A stretch of 64,000 nucleotides of DNA from Oscillospiraceae bacterium (GTDB taxonomy: Bacteria > Bacillota > Clostridia > Oscillospirales > Acutalibacteraceae): NCBI GenBank assembly GCA_036654375.1, contig JAVVSD010000006.1, positions 3,084 through 67,083 of the forward strand. The letters are read 5' to 3'. The position numbers and the translations under genes are program-made. Of the stretch, positions 41,444-51,416 are shown piece after piece. Under the pieces are notes generated by a model, which did not search any database, was not told where the DNA came from, and worked only from the letters and a program-made list of their open reading frames with translations. Within the stretch, counting starts at the first letter, position 1. Every line of letters starts with the position of its first letter.

Positions 41444-41449
41444 ACAAAT

Positions 41450-41559
41450 GTGCCAAGATGTTGTTATGTCTTGTCACACTTAAAATTGATATCTTCTTTG
41501 CCCCTTCGTTTTATAAGGGAGAGCCCTCGAACATATTGTTCGGGGTTTTTCCTTTTTTT
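41450..41559 (+). ncRNA. Candidate stand-alone small RNA (about 100-110 nt), family not recognised
   Basis: A consensus promoter is followed by three hairpins. The last (ccctcgaac / gttcgggg) precedes tttttccttttttt. There is no plus-strand ORF downstream, and it is convergent with argS. Confidence 0.45.
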
Positions 41560-41682
41560 AAATAAAAATATGCTGTTTGTACAAACAATCCATTCCTCAA
41601 ATATACTTGCTGTTTACTGACTTATAAAGTGTGTTGCTTTAAAGAAAGCAAACGAGAAAAGCTTCAAAGAATTAGAGAGAAC

Positions 41683-41727
41683 AAAAATAAAAAGCCATCA
41701 AACCTTTAATTTTAAAAGTTTGATGGC
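41683..41727 (-). terminator. Terminator of argS
   Basis: Minus strand: gccatcaaac ...gtttgatggc followed by tttttattttt. Confidence 0.8.
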
Positions 41728-41744
41728 AGAGTTTTAATTAAATT

Positions 41745-43439
41745 TTACATACTTTCAGGAGCAGTTATCTTGAGCATACTGAGAACATTTTTGATTGTGT
41801 CGCGAACACAGATGCAAAGATAAAGCCTTGCCTGCATAAGAGGCTCATCCTCAACGCTAACACGACAAGCGTTATAAAACTTGTGAAAAAGCGTTGCCAG
41901 CTCAATAACATAGCGGGTGATTTTTGCAGGATCATAGTTTTTGGCTGCCGAAATAATCTCGTCGGTGAGTGAAGAGAGGTGGAGTATAAGCTCCCTTTCT
42001 TCTGGAGTGTTAAGTAATTTAAGTTCCTCAATTGAGCATTCTCTTGGCTCAATTCCACCTGCCTTAAGCTTTTTGACAATGCTACAAATACGAGCGTGTG
42101 CATACTGACAATAATAAACAGGATTCTGTGAACTTTGTTCAACTGCAAGGTCAAGGTCAAACTCCATCTGAGAGCCAGCTTCACGCATATTAAAGATAAA
42201 TCTTGCTGCATCAATCGGAATTTCCTCAAGCAAGTCTACAAGGGTAATGGCCTTGCCAGTCCGCTTTGACATTCGTACAACCTCGCCGCCACGAGTAAGA
42301 CGAACAAGTTGCATAAGAACAACATCAAGCCGACTTCCGTCAATACCTATAGCGTCAAGAACGCCCTTCATTCGAGAAACATGGCCATGATGGTCAGCCC
42401 CCCAAATGTCGATAGATTTGTCAAATCCACGCACTGAGAGCTTGTTCCTGTGGTATGCAATATCAGCCGCAAAATAGGTTGGGTTGCCATTTGCACGAAC
42501 AAGGACCTCGTCCTTTTCGCCACCATGCTCTGTTGACTTATACCATAAGGCACCGTCACTTTCATAAGTTAGCCCACGCTCTTTCATGAGTTCAAGAGTT
42601 TCTGCAAGCTCACCATTGTTGTGCAGAAGGCTTTCGTTAAACCATTTGTCATATTCAATTCGATATTTAAGCATTGTGGACTGCATATTTTCAATATTTT
42701 TTGGCAGGGCAAAGTCAACAAGTGCCTTTCGCCTTTCGCTCTCATCTGCGTTAACAAACTTATCACCATAAATTTCTGCAAATTCATTGGCACGCGTGGT
42801 TATATCTTCACCATGATAGCTGTCCTCTGGAAGTTCCACAGCGTCTTCTCCAAGGAAATGCTGGAGATAGCGAACATCAAGAGAAAGAGCAAATTTGTCA
42901 ATCTGGTTTCCAGCATCGTTAATATAAAACTCCCTTGAAACATCAAAGCCCGCATAGTCCATAACTGATGCAAGACAGTCGCCAAGCGCTCCACCTCGAG
43001 CGTTACCCATATGCATTGGACCTGTGGGATTTGCGGATACAAATTCAATCATCACACGCTTGCCTTTTCCAAAGTTGCTTTTGCCATAATCGTCGCCAAG
43101 AGAGCGGATATCCTTCAGTATGTTTGCGTAATATTCATCGCTTAAAAAGAAGTTTAAAAATCCAGGTCCTGCAACTTCACATCTTTCAAAATAGGTGTCG
43201 CCAAGAAAAATATTGTTGTAGATTGCCTCTGCAATTTTTCTTGGGGCAAGCTTAAAAGACCTTGCAGATGCCATTGCAGCATTGGCAGAAAAATCTCCGT
43301 TTGTCCTGTCTGCAGGCACTTCAATATTAAATTCGCACAAGGGCATAGCCGGCAAATCGCCTGCCGCGATAGCTTTTGAAACTGCGCTGATAACAGAGCT
43401 TCTAAGCTGTTGCTCTGCATCTTTAACTAATTTTGACAT
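41745..43439 (-). CDS. argS: Arginine--tRNA ligase
   Basis: 564 aa; class I HIGH-type PTGPMHMGNARG and MSKRTGKAIT (KMSK-like); DALR anticodon-binding C-terminus. Confidence 0.95.
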   Translation of the reverse strand: MSKLVKDAEQQLRSSVISAVSKAIAAGDLPAMPLCEFNIEVPADRTNGDFSANAAMASARSFKLAPRKIAEAIYNNIFLGDTYFERCEVAGPGFLNFFLSDEYYANILKDIRSLGDDYGKSNFGKGKRVMIEFVSANPTGPMHMGNARGGALGDCLASVMDYAGFDVSREFYINDAGNQIDKFALSLDVRYLQHFLGEDAVELPEDSYHGEDITTRANEFAEIYGDKFVNADESERRKALVDFALPKNIENMQSTMLKYRIEYDKWFNESLLHNNGELAETLELMKERGLTYESDGALWYKSTEHGGEKDEVLVRANGNPTYFAADIAYHRNKLSVRGFDKSIDIWGADHHGHVSRMKGVLDAIGIDGSRLDVVLMQLVRLTRGGEVVRMSKRTGKAITLVDLLEEIPIDAARFIFNMREAGSQMEFDLDLAVEQSSQNPVYYCQYAHARICSIVKKLKAGGIEPRECSIEELKLLNTPEERELILHLSSLTDEIISAAKNYDPAKITRYVIELATLFHKFYNACRVSVEDEPLMQARLYLCICVRDTIKNVLSMLKITAPESM

Positions 43440-43858
43440 TGAGGTATCTCCTTGACATTTATTGTAAGCTGGTTTTTTGATGCGTAATCAGAATTGAAAT
43501 CAATAGTGTATTCAAATGAAAGAGTTCCACCGCTTGATTTCATATCGGAGTCAACTCTCTTTGCATAAATACCCATCATAAAGTCGCCATACGGTGTGGA
43601 GTAGTGGCAAGCGTGTCGCTTGTCCTGCTCAATGATAAGCTCCGAGGTGTATGAACCCGTACGAGTCATTGTAACACACTTTCCTGTAACCTTAAGGTTT
43701 GTAACACAGCCCTCAAGCTCGCTGCCATGCTCGACATAGGTTATCTGGTATTCATCGTCAGTACCCTCAAGAGTGCCAAGTGTAGACATCTCCATATCAA
43801 GCACATCTCCGTCGTTATCGTGTGAGTCGATTATATCAATTTTTATATTTTTTTTCAA
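43427..43858 (-). CDS. DUF1934 (YwiB-like) beta-barrel protein
   Basis: 143 aa, overlaps argS by 13 nt. The DUF1934-argS pairing is common in Firmicutes. Confidence 0.65.
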   Translation of the reverse strand: MKKNIKIDIIDSHDNDGDVLDMEMSTLGTLEGTDDEYQITYVEHGSELEGCVTNLKVTGKCVTMTRTGSYTSELIIEQDKRHACHYSTPYGDFMMGIYAKRVDSDMKSSGGTLSFEYTIDFNSDYASKNQLTINVKEIPQCQN

Positions 43859-44919
43859 TTATGCCCACTCCATTTTTCAATTGCAAGCGTCAAAATAGAA
43901 TCAATAAGTTTTGCATATGAAACTCCGCTTGCTTCAAACATTTTTGGATACATACTGATAGATGTAAAGCCTGGAATAGTGTTGATTTCGTTGAAAAGTA
44001 TTCTCTCTCCACCGTTACAAACAAAAAAATCAACTCTTGAAATTCCACTGCATCCAAGTGCTTTATATGTCTTCACAGCCTCTTTTTGAACAGCCTGCTG
44101 AACGGACTCCTCGATTCTGGCAGGTATAAAAAGAGTGCTTGTGCCATTGATGTACTTTGCGTCAAAATCATAAAAGTCATTGCATGGAACGACCTCACCA
44201 ACAACAGCGGCAACAGGGTCGTCATTCCCAAGCACTGCACACTCAATTTCGCATCCTGTTATGGACTCTTCAAAAACAACCTTTTCGTCATGGACAAAAG
44301 CTTTTTGGACAGCGTCTTTAAGCGCTTCAAAATTGCTTACCTTACTTATTCCAACCGACGAACCGGCCTTTGCAGGCTTTACAAAAAGTGGATATCCAAG
44401 CTTTTCTGCGATATTTTGCAGGGCTTCGTCAGTGCAGCTGCACTTAAGAATACAGTCCCACTTTGCCTGCACAATACCACTTGCGTCAGCCATTGTGTTT
44501 GTCAGTGATTTGTCCATACAAATTGCAGACGATGCAGTGTCACACCCCACAAATGGAATTGAAGAAAGCTGCAAAAGTCCTTGTATTGTGCCATCTTCAC
44601 CGTTTTTACCATGAAGAACAGGGAATACAACATCAATATATTCGGTGCGATATTTGCCGTCTTCAAGAATAACAATACCATGAATGGATGAATCAGGTGA
44701 AATAAAAGCGGGAAGACATTTACCGTTTTTAAGCCAATTGCCTTCGGGCAAATTATCAGGGTTGCCATCAAAAAGCAGCCATTTGCCGTCCGTCGTAATA
44801 CCCATCATGTATATTTCGTATTTGTCAGTAGGAATATTTTTAATAACTGAACTGGCGGAAACTTCAGATACAGAATGTTCGCTTGAAACACCGCCAAATA
44901 CAACTAAAACCTTTTTCAT
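43855..44919 (-). CDS. ddl: D-alanine--D-alanine ligase
   Basis: MKKVLVVFGGVSSEHSVSEVSA..., HGKNGEDGTIQGLL, an ATP-grasp region, and EINTIPGFT. Confidence 0.93.
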   Translation of the reverse strand: MKKVLVVFGGVSSEHSVSEVSASSVIKNIPTDKYEIYMMGITTDGKWLLFDGNPDNLPEGNWLKNGKCLPAFISPDSSIHGIVILEDGKYRTEYIDVVFPVLHGKNGEDGTIQGLLQLSSIPFVGCDTASSAICMDKSLTNTMADASGIVQAKWDCILKCSCTDEALQNIAEKLGYPLFVKPAKAGSSVGISKVSNFEALKDAVQKAFVHDEKVVFEESITGCEIECAVLGNDDPVAAVVGEVVPCNDFYDFDAKYINGTSTLFIPARIEESVQQAVQKEAVKTYKALGCSGISRVDFFVCNGGERILFNEINTIPGFTSISMYPKMFEASGVSYAKLIDSILTLAIEKWSGHN

Positions 44920-45025
44920 AAGACGATTTCACCTCTCGATTACATATAATAGCATAGTGATATATTATATGTAAATGATAAATTAAAATATTTTAATATA
45001 ATTAAAATATAATAAATATTTTTTA

Positions 45026-45054
45026 ATGACAAACACTGTAAGTTATGTTAAAAT
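45026..45054 (+). promoter_or_regulatory. Promoter of the hypothetical/GGDEF gene pair
   Basis: ATGACA, 17 nt, then TGtTAAAAT. Confidence 0.5.
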
Positions 45055-45096
45055 GTTAGTAGAATAAGGACAAGTGTAAATTTAAGGAGATTAAAT

Positions 45097-45960
45097 ATGG
45101 TAGAAATAAATAGCGCAGTACAGACTCTGATAAAAACAATGGAAGAAACCCTTAAGCGTTGCCAGATGTCTGTGGTTTATCCTAAAGGAATAAAAAAGGA
45201 TGAAGTGCCTGTAAAAATAGAGGATGACAAAAGCGTTGTAACATTTTCTTCAGACAATGGTTCAATCAAAATTGAGCTTATTGACGGTAAGCTTATTTTA
45301 TTTTGTTCAGGCGAGAAAGCAAGCAGTGCAAAGGACAGTGACTATCAGAAATTGTTTGAATCACTCCTTGAGCTTGAAGACACATCGTGCGATATAAGAG
45401 ATGTAAAATCAGCTGCAAATGAAGTTTGCGAATCAGTTTCAAACTATTTTGGACTTTCAAAAGGTGGAACTATTGCAAAGCAGTCAAAAGCTGCTAAAAA
45501 GAGCAACAAAAACAGCACAATTACTTATGAACCTGAAAATCTTGCCACAAGGATTTCAAATGTTTTTCCAGAGCTGAAAGAGGAACTGGAGGCAAATACC
45601 GAAAAATATGAAATGACGCTTGCGGAAGAGTTCTTTAATGAACACGCAAACAAGCTTATTCTCGACAGTATTAAAGATGGCAATGTAGCAAAAACAAAAA
45701 AACTATTTAATATTTTTAATATGTTTTATGAGGAAGGCCCAAAAGATACACAGAGCCTTATTGCGGTTACAATTCTTGGAATCAACTTAAAAGATGACAA
45801 GCAACTTTTTGAAAAAATAGAAGGATATATGGACACCGACTTAAAGTCTGCTGTAACTTATGTTATAAAATATCTTTCAACACTTAAGGGCAAAGGTGAG
45901 ATGAAAACACTTAATAATCCAAAGCCTTATGTTTCAAAAAAGATGAAAAGAATAAAATAA
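45097..45960 (+). CDS. Hypothetical cytoplasmic protein (no family recognised)
   Basis: 287-aa ORF with RBS aaggag. No signal peptide or TM helix, Lys/Glu-rich. Followed 38 nt later by the GGDEF gene. Confidence 0.6.
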   Translation: MVEINSAVQTLIKTMEETLKRCQMSVVYPKGIKKDEVPVKIEDDKSVVTFSSDNGSIKIELIDGKLILFCSGEKASSAKDSDYQKLFESLLELEDTSCDIRDVKSAANEVCESVSNYFGLSKGGTIAKQSKAAKKSNKNSTITYEPENLATRISNVFPELKEELEANTEKYEMTLAEEFFNEHANKLILDSIKDGNVAKTKKLFNIFNMFYEEGPKDTQSLIAVTILGINLKDDKQLFEKIEGYMDTDLKSAVTYVIKYLSTLKGKGEMKTLNNPKPYVSKKMKRIK

Positions 45961-45998
45961 TGTAGCCGTTCCTACTAACTCATGAAGGAGTGAAAAGT

Positions 45999-47138
45999 AT
46001 GGAGCAACATATAATTAAAAATAAATTTTCAAAATATGTTGGCACCGACAAACCTGTTGAAATAAGGTTCTCAAATATGTTGTTTTTGGGTACCTGCACA
46101 ATAGGCTTGGCATATGCCATAATGGGTTTGATTTTTTTATTTCAGTGGCAAACAAGTTGTATTTGTTTGGTGATGTCTATTGGTGCAGGCTGGATGTATT
46201 ATCTTTCATTGAAAACAAAAAAAGAAATACAGATAGCAAGAATTTCTTTAATATTCATGAACTTCTTGTTTTTCCCAGCAATATATTTGACCTCTGGTGG
46301 AATACACTGTGGGGCAATTTCGTTTTTTGTCCTTGGACTAATTTTCAGCTACCTTATGTTTACAGGCAAAATTTGCTGGGTTGTCACAACCTTAGAGGTT
46401 GTGTGTTACATATTTGTAATTTACGCATCTTACAAGTGGAAAATGCTGTTTGATTATGAAATTAGCAAACAACAGGCATACTGTATGACAGCAGTTAATG
46501 TTGTTGTTGTTGCACTTGCTATTGGTCTTCTTGTAAGGGTTCTGATTACTCAGTACAGGAAAGAAAAGAAAAATATTGAGAAAACAGTTTTGGAGCTTGA
46601 AACACTTTCCACAAAGGACCCACTTACAGGTGTTTACAACAGGCGATATATGCTTAATTTTTTGGACCAAAACATAAAAAGAGCAAACGAATATGGCGCC
46701 AAGTTGAGTATAGTCATATTTGATATTGACTATTTTAAATCACTTAATGATGATTTTGGGCATCTTGTTGGAGATGAAATACTCGTAAATCTTAGTGAAA
46801 TTTTTACAACACAGCTAAGGTCAAATGATATGATTAGCCGTTTTGGCGGCGAAGAGTTTGTGGCAGTGTTTCCAAACACCGCTTCGGATATAGCGTTTAA
46901 TCGTGCAGAGGAAATTAGGCAAGCTGTTGCCAATGCAACACTCTCCAAAAGTGTTAACAGACCAATCACAATAAGTGGCGGAGTTGCAGCATATGGTAGA
47001 GGAATGACAATTGAAGAGCTTATTGATTTAGCCGACAAAAACCTCTATGTTGCAAAGGAGTCGGGAAGAAACGCGGTATGCGTTAACAGAGAGAACGAAT
47101 GGGAAGAGGCAACGAGCGAGGGCAAAAGCAAGCGATAA
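45999..47138 (+). CDS. Membrane-bound diguanylate cyclase (GGDEF domain)
   Basis: Five to six N-terminal TM helices, then DPLTGVYNRRY and an RSND I-site five residues before the GGEEF active site. Confidence 0.85.
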   Translation: MEQHIIKNKFSKYVGTDKPVEIRFSNMLFLGTCTIGLAYAIMGLIFLFQWQTSCICLVMSIGAGWMYYLSLKTKKEIQIARISLIFMNFLFFPAIYLTSGGIHCGAISFFVLGLIFSYLMFTGKICWVVTTLEVVCYIFVIYASYKWKMLFDYEISKQQAYCMTAVNVVVVALAIGLLVRVLITQYRKEKKNIEKTVLELETLSTKDPLTGVYNRRYMLNFLDQNIKRANEYGAKLSIVIFDIDYFKSLNDDFGHLVGDEILVNLSEIFTTQLRSNDMISRFGGEEFVAVFPNTASDIAFNRAEEIRQAVANATLSKSVNRPITISGGVAAYGRGMTIEELIDLADKNLYVAKESGRNAVCVNRENEWEEATSEGKSKR

Positions 47139-47193
47139 GAGCTATCTAATTTTATACTATTTTAACTTTAACACTAACATAAACAACATAAAA

Positions 47194-47227
47194 CGCCTTG
47201 CACAGTCAGTGCAAGGCGTTTTTTTGC
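47194..47227. terminator. Bidirectional terminator between the GGDEF gene and lysC
   Basis: cgccttgcac agtca gtgcaaggcg followed by ttttttt; an A-rich run on the other side. Confidence 0.8.
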
Positions 47228-47297
47228 CATAAAATCGATAGACATGAAAAAGCTATTGCTTTTTGCTTTGTAGAGGCAGAGCCTAAAAGCGTTTCAA

Positions 47298-48512
47298 TTA
47301 CTTTTCCTGCGGTATAAAAGCAGCGTGAACAGCGGAAACTGCCTTGTCTGCGTCCTGTGCATCAATAAGAACAGAAATTTTAATCTCGCTTGTTGCAATC
47401 ATCTGAATGTTTACATTGACCTCATAAAGAGCTTCAAACATCTTTGCAGCGGTGCCTGGATGTGTTTCCATTCCCGCACCAACAATTGAAATTTTAGCAA
47501 CACTTGTATCAATTTTTATTTTATCTTCAGTTATGTCTGCAAAAGTGTTAATAATTAGCTCCTTTGCAAGCTCGCCGTGTGACTTTTGAACAGTAAAGGT
47601 GATATCCTTTGTGCCATCACGACCGACAGACTGAAGTATTATGTCAACATTTATGTCCTTTGCAGCAAGTTTGCTGAACATTTTGAAAGCGATACCAGGG
47701 ATATCAGGTAAAGCGATAACAGAAACTCTGGCAACATCGCTATCTTTTGTTACACCTCTTACAAGCATTTTTTCCACATTAGCAACCTCCTTGACGATTG
47801 TTCCGGGAACTCTCTTAAGACTTGAGAGAACCTCCAACTCAACATTATACTTTTTTGCCATTTCAACAGAACGATTGTTAAGAACTTGAGCGCCAAGTGT
47901 TGCAAGCTCAAGCATCTCATCATAAGTGATTTCATTAAGCTTCTTTGCATTTTGAATTTTTCTTGGGTCAGCAGTATAAACGCCTTCTACATCGGTAAAA
48001 ATTTGGCAGCGTTCAGCGTGGAGAGCGGCGGCAAGAGCAACAGCACTGGTGTCTGAGCCACCTCTTCCAAGCGTGGTTATGTCGTCATATTTGTTCACAC
48101 CCTGAAATCCTGCAACAATTATTATATTTCGTTTACCGATTTCGGTGTTAAGTCTTTCGGTGTTAATTGTTTTGATTCTTGCGGTGGTGTGTGCAGAGCC
48201 GGTTAAAAATCCCGCCTGCCATCCAAGCAAGGAAACAACAGGGAACCCAAGCTTCTCTATCGCCATTGCAAGCAAGGAAATTGAGATTTGTTCGCCTGCA
48301 CTAAGCAACATATCCATCTCCCTGCGAGAGTGCTTCGGGTTAATTTCAGTTGCTTTTTCGATAAGCTCGTCGGTTGTATCCCCCTGCGCGGAAACAACGA
48401 CAACAACATCGTTCCCCTGTGCATAAGTATCTGTGACAATTGATGCAACATTCATTACGCGTTCGGCATTTGCAACAGAGCTGCCACCAAACTTTTGTAC
48501 TATCAGTGCCAT
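47298..48512 (-). CDS. lysC: Aspartate kinase
   Basis: MALIVQKFGGSSVANAERV..., GRGGSDTSAVALAAAL, and two C-terminal ACT domains. Confidence 0.93.
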   Translation of the reverse strand: MALIVQKFGGSSVANAERVMNVASIVTDTYAQGNDVVVVVSAQGDTTDELIEKATEINPKHSRREMDMLLSAGEQISISLLAMAIEKLGFPVVSLLGWQAGFLTGSAHTTARIKTINTERLNTEIGKRNIIIVAGFQGVNKYDDITTLGRGGSDTSAVALAAALHAERCQIFTDVEGVYTADPRKIQNAKKLNEITYDEMLELATLGAQVLNNRSVEMAKKYNVELEVLSSLKRVPGTIVKEVANVEKMLVRGVTKDSDVARVSVIALPDIPGIAFKMFSKLAAKDINVDIILQSVGRDGTKDITFTVQKSHGELAKELIINTFADITEDKIKIDTSVAKISIVGAGMETHPGTAAKMFEALYEVNVNIQMIATSEIKISVLIDAQDADKAVSAVHAAFIPQEK

Positions 48513-48555
48513 AAAATCCTCCTGTATAAGAAATTGCCATATATATGGCTAATTA

Positions 48556-49794
48556 TTAGCAATCAGCAATTCTGATTATAGAAATCGGTGTAATTGACTT
48601 TACGCTTTCAATTTGTTTACGCAACTCGCGTTCGGTTGCAACAGGAGTAACAAAAGCAATCTCGCCTTTTGGTGCATCATCACGGTTAAGAACAGTAATT
48701 TTTCCAAAGGCTTCACGCAAGGTTTCAATATCTTTTGACGCGTTTTCTGCATTTGCACGAACATAAAGTGCAAGCTCTCTGTCAAGATAATCAATAACAT
48801 AATCCTCTTCAAATCCACCCCAGCCAAAGTCCTTACGCCTTTCAAGATGGTTTGAGCAGTCAATAACATCTGCAACAACGGCACTTGCTGTCGGCAATTT
48901 ACCAGCACCCTTACCATAAAAAACGACATCGCCTGTTGCGTCGCCTTTTATAAGCACCGCGTTAAAAACATCATCAACACCTGCAAGCTGGCTTGAATTG
49001 TTTACAAGAGCAGGGCTTACAAGAGCAGAAATTTTGCCATTATCAAGCATTTTTGATGTAGCAATAAGCTTGATAACGCTGTTAAAACTCTGTGCATAGG
49101 CAATATCTTCAAGTGTAACCTTTGTAATTCCCTCCGTATGGACTGCATCTGGATAAACATGCTTGCCAAAGCAAAGTGAAGATAAAATACAAATCTTTCT
49201 TGAGGCGTCAAAGCCCTCAATATCAGCAGTTGGGTCTTTTTCGGCATAGCCATTGTCCTGCGCAAGCTTAAGAGCCTCTTCAAAGCTCATTTTATCTTTA
49301 ATCATCTTGGCAAGGATAAAGTTTGTAGTTCCGTTAAGAATACCTGTTATTGCCTCGATCTCGTTTGCAGCAAGGCACTGTGAAATAGGACGGATTATAG
49401 GAATTCCGCCACCAACACTTGCTTCAAACAAAAAGTTTGCATTGTTTTTCCTTGCAGCATCAAGAAGCTCAAGCCCCTTTGTTGCAACAAGCTCCTTGTT
49501 AGATGTTACAACGCTTTTGCCTTTATTAAGGCAAGCAAGCACAAAATCAAAAGCAGGCTTGACTCCGCCCATGGTTTCAACAACGACCTTAACTTCATCG
49601 TCGCTTAAGATAATGTTAAAATCTTTGACAAATTTATCTGCATTTGGATCCTCGGCAAAATCATGCAGATCTAATATATATTTAATTTTAATGTCGTCCT
49701 GAATGCTCTTTTTAACGATGCTATCGTGGTTTTTTGTAAGAACCTCAACAACGCCTGAGCCAACTGTACCATAGCCCATAACAGCAACATACAT
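48556..49794 (-). CDS. hom: Homoserine dehydrogenase
   Basis: MGYGTVGSGV NAD-binding site, the catalytic region GILNGTTNFIL, and a C-terminal ACT domain. Confidence 0.92.
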   Translation of the reverse strand: MYVAVMGYGTVGSGVVEVLTKNHDSIVKKSIQDDIKIKYILDLHDFAEDPNADKFVKDFNIILSDDEVKVVVETMGGVKPAFDFVLACLNKGKSVVTSNKELVATKGLELLDAARKNNANFLFEASVGGGIPIIRPISQCLAANEIEAITGILNGTTNFILAKMIKDKMSFEEALKLAQDNGYAEKDPTADIEGFDASRKICILSSLCFGKHVYPDAVHTEGITKVTLEDIAYAQSFNSVIKLIATSKMLDNGKISALVSPALVNNSSQLAGVDDVFNAVLIKGDATGDVVFYGKGAGKLPTASAVVADVIDCSNHLERRKDFGWGGFEEDYVIDYLDRELALYVRANAENASKDIETLREAFGKITVLNRDDAPKGEIAFVTPVATERELRKQIESVKSITPISIIRIADC

Positions 49795-49818
49795 AATAAG
49801 CTAACCGCCTTTTATTTA

Positions 49819-49860
49819 ATTATTTTAATAGTTTACAATATTATTTTAATAGTTTACAAT
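49819..49860. repeat. Perfect tandem duplication of a 21-bp unit in the hom 5' region
   Basis: attattttaatagtttacaat at 49819-49839 is repeated exactly at 49840-49860, 25-66 nt upstream of the hom ATG. Confidence 0.9.
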
Positions 49861-50059
49861 AAATGATATACATTTTACCACAAATACATAGTGGAATAAA
49901 GGGTAAAAATTAAAGTTTTTCAAAAAAAGCATGGATTCTGTTGTTAAAATCAAAACGCTGGTGTAAAATAGAAGGAGCAAAACATACATTTGTTATATAT
50001 CTAAGTATAGAAATAAAACAAGTAACATATTACATAAATAAAACAGCGGAGGGAATATT

Positions 50060-51232
50060 TTGAGCTTGGTTGATAAAAGAAAAAAGTTTATAATAAACTT
50101 GTTATATTTTGCATCAATAATAGGGTTGTTTTACCTGTTTATAAAATACGCATTCTGGCCATTGTTCCCATTGATATTTGCATTTTTTCTGGCAGTTTGC
50201 CTGCAAAAACCAGTTGATAAAATCACAAACAAATTCAAGATAAAGAAAGGCATTGTTTCTTTGATAGCGGTTTTGCTTGTGATGTTTATTATTGCAACTA
50301 CTATTGCACTTTTGGGGAATAAAATCGTTAAAGAGTTTCAGGACTTTATAAACTATGTGTCTATAAGGCTTCAGGACTTTGATTGGATTGAGCGTACTAT
50401 TCGTTCGACAGTTGAAATTCTTCCGGGTTTTATGGAAGATGCAGTTTCAGGAACAGTTGATGAATTTTTGTCAAATCTACAAACCTCAATGCAGGATGGT
50501 GCAACTGGCTCGTCAGCTCTTTCGTTTGGCTCATTCAAGCTTTCTTCATTGATTTTTCCGTCAATATCAGGCGTTTGGAACACAGCAAAGCAAATACCAT
50601 CAGTCCTCATCGGAGTAATAGTATCCATCATTTCATGTTACTTTATGACCTCGGATTATGAGCGTGTGACAAAATCAATAAAGCTTTTGCTTCCAAAGGA
50701 AAAGAGGTTCCTATTTTCACGCACAAAAACAATACTCTTCTCTTCACTTGGCAAGCTTGCCAAGGCATATGGCATTATAATACTTATAACTTTTTCAGAA
50801 GTGCTTCTGGGTCTAAGTATAATGAGTATTGTGGGTGTATACGACAGCTCGTATGTATTTGTTATTGCTGTTATCACTGCACTTGTTGATGTGCTTCCGA
50901 TTTTTGGAACAGGAACAATTCTTATGCCATGGGCTCTTTATGAGCTGTTGACAAAAAACACAGGTCTTGGCATTGGGCTGATAGTACTGTATGTCGTCAT
51001 AACAATTATTCGCCAGATTGTTGAGCCAAAGCTTGTTGCCTCTCAGCTTGATTTGCCACCAGTTGCAACAATTTGTGCAATGTATGTCGGGCTACAGATG
51101 TTTGGAGTTATTGGAATGTTCCTCATGCCTATAACACTTTTTTGTGTAAAAGTTCTTTACGATGAGGGAGTTTTTGCTTCTTATTCAGAGGACAAGCCTA
51201 CACCGGTTGTTGACGAAACCTTAAAAGAATAA
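50060..51232 (+). CDS. ytvI: AI-2E family transporter (sporulation membrane protein YtvI-like)
   Basis: TTG start after ggaggg. 390 aa, about 8 TM helices, with the conserved VLPIFGTG and EPKLV segments of the AI-2E/PerM family. Confidence 0.7.
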   Translation: MSLVDKRKKFIINLLYFASIIGLFYLFIKYAFWPLFPLIFAFFLAVCLQKPVDKITNKFKIKKGIVSLIAVLLVMFIIATTIALLGNKIVKEFQDFINYVSIRLQDFDWIERTIRSTVEILPGFMEDAVSGTVDEFLSNLQTSMQDGATGSSALSFGSFKLSSLIFPSISGVWNTAKQIPSVLIGVIVSIISCYFMTSDYERVTKSIKLLLPKEKRFLFSRTKTILFSSLGKLAKAYGIIILITFSEVLLGLSIMSIVGVYDSSYVFVIAVITALVDVLPIFGTGTILMPWALYELLTKNTGLGIGLIVLYVVITIIRQIVEPKLVASQLDLPPVATICAMYVGLQMFGVIGMFLMPITLFCVKVLYDEGVFASYSEDKPTPVVDETLKE

Positions 51233-51300
51233 CAACAAAATAAACAGTCTGTATACGCTTTTTAATAATTTTGTAAGAATTATACATTATGAATTGTAAG

Positions 51301-51346
51301 AATCACCTGTTAGATTTATATCTGGCGGGTGATTATTTCTTTTTTT
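51301..51346 (+). terminator. Possible terminator after the ytvI-like gene
   Basis: aatcacc ... ggtgatt (7 bp, large loop) followed by atttcttttttt. Confidence 0.4.
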
Positions 51347-51416
51347 ATGTTATTATAATAAGTAGTAGAGTGGACAAACACAGTTTGCTTTTCTAAAGTA
51401 ACAGGGGTGATGTGAA

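Noticed and set aside
44940..45025. AT-only palindromes (for example attaaaatattttaat) in the ddl / hypothetical-gene divergent spacer.
   Set aside because: This is low-complexity A/T sequence, where such symmetry arises by chance. It does not stand out from the background.
49861..50059. Searched for an L-box (lysine) or T-box leader upstream of hom-lysC.
   Set aside because: AT-rich sequence without conserved leader motifs. Only the 21-bp tandem repeat is notable.
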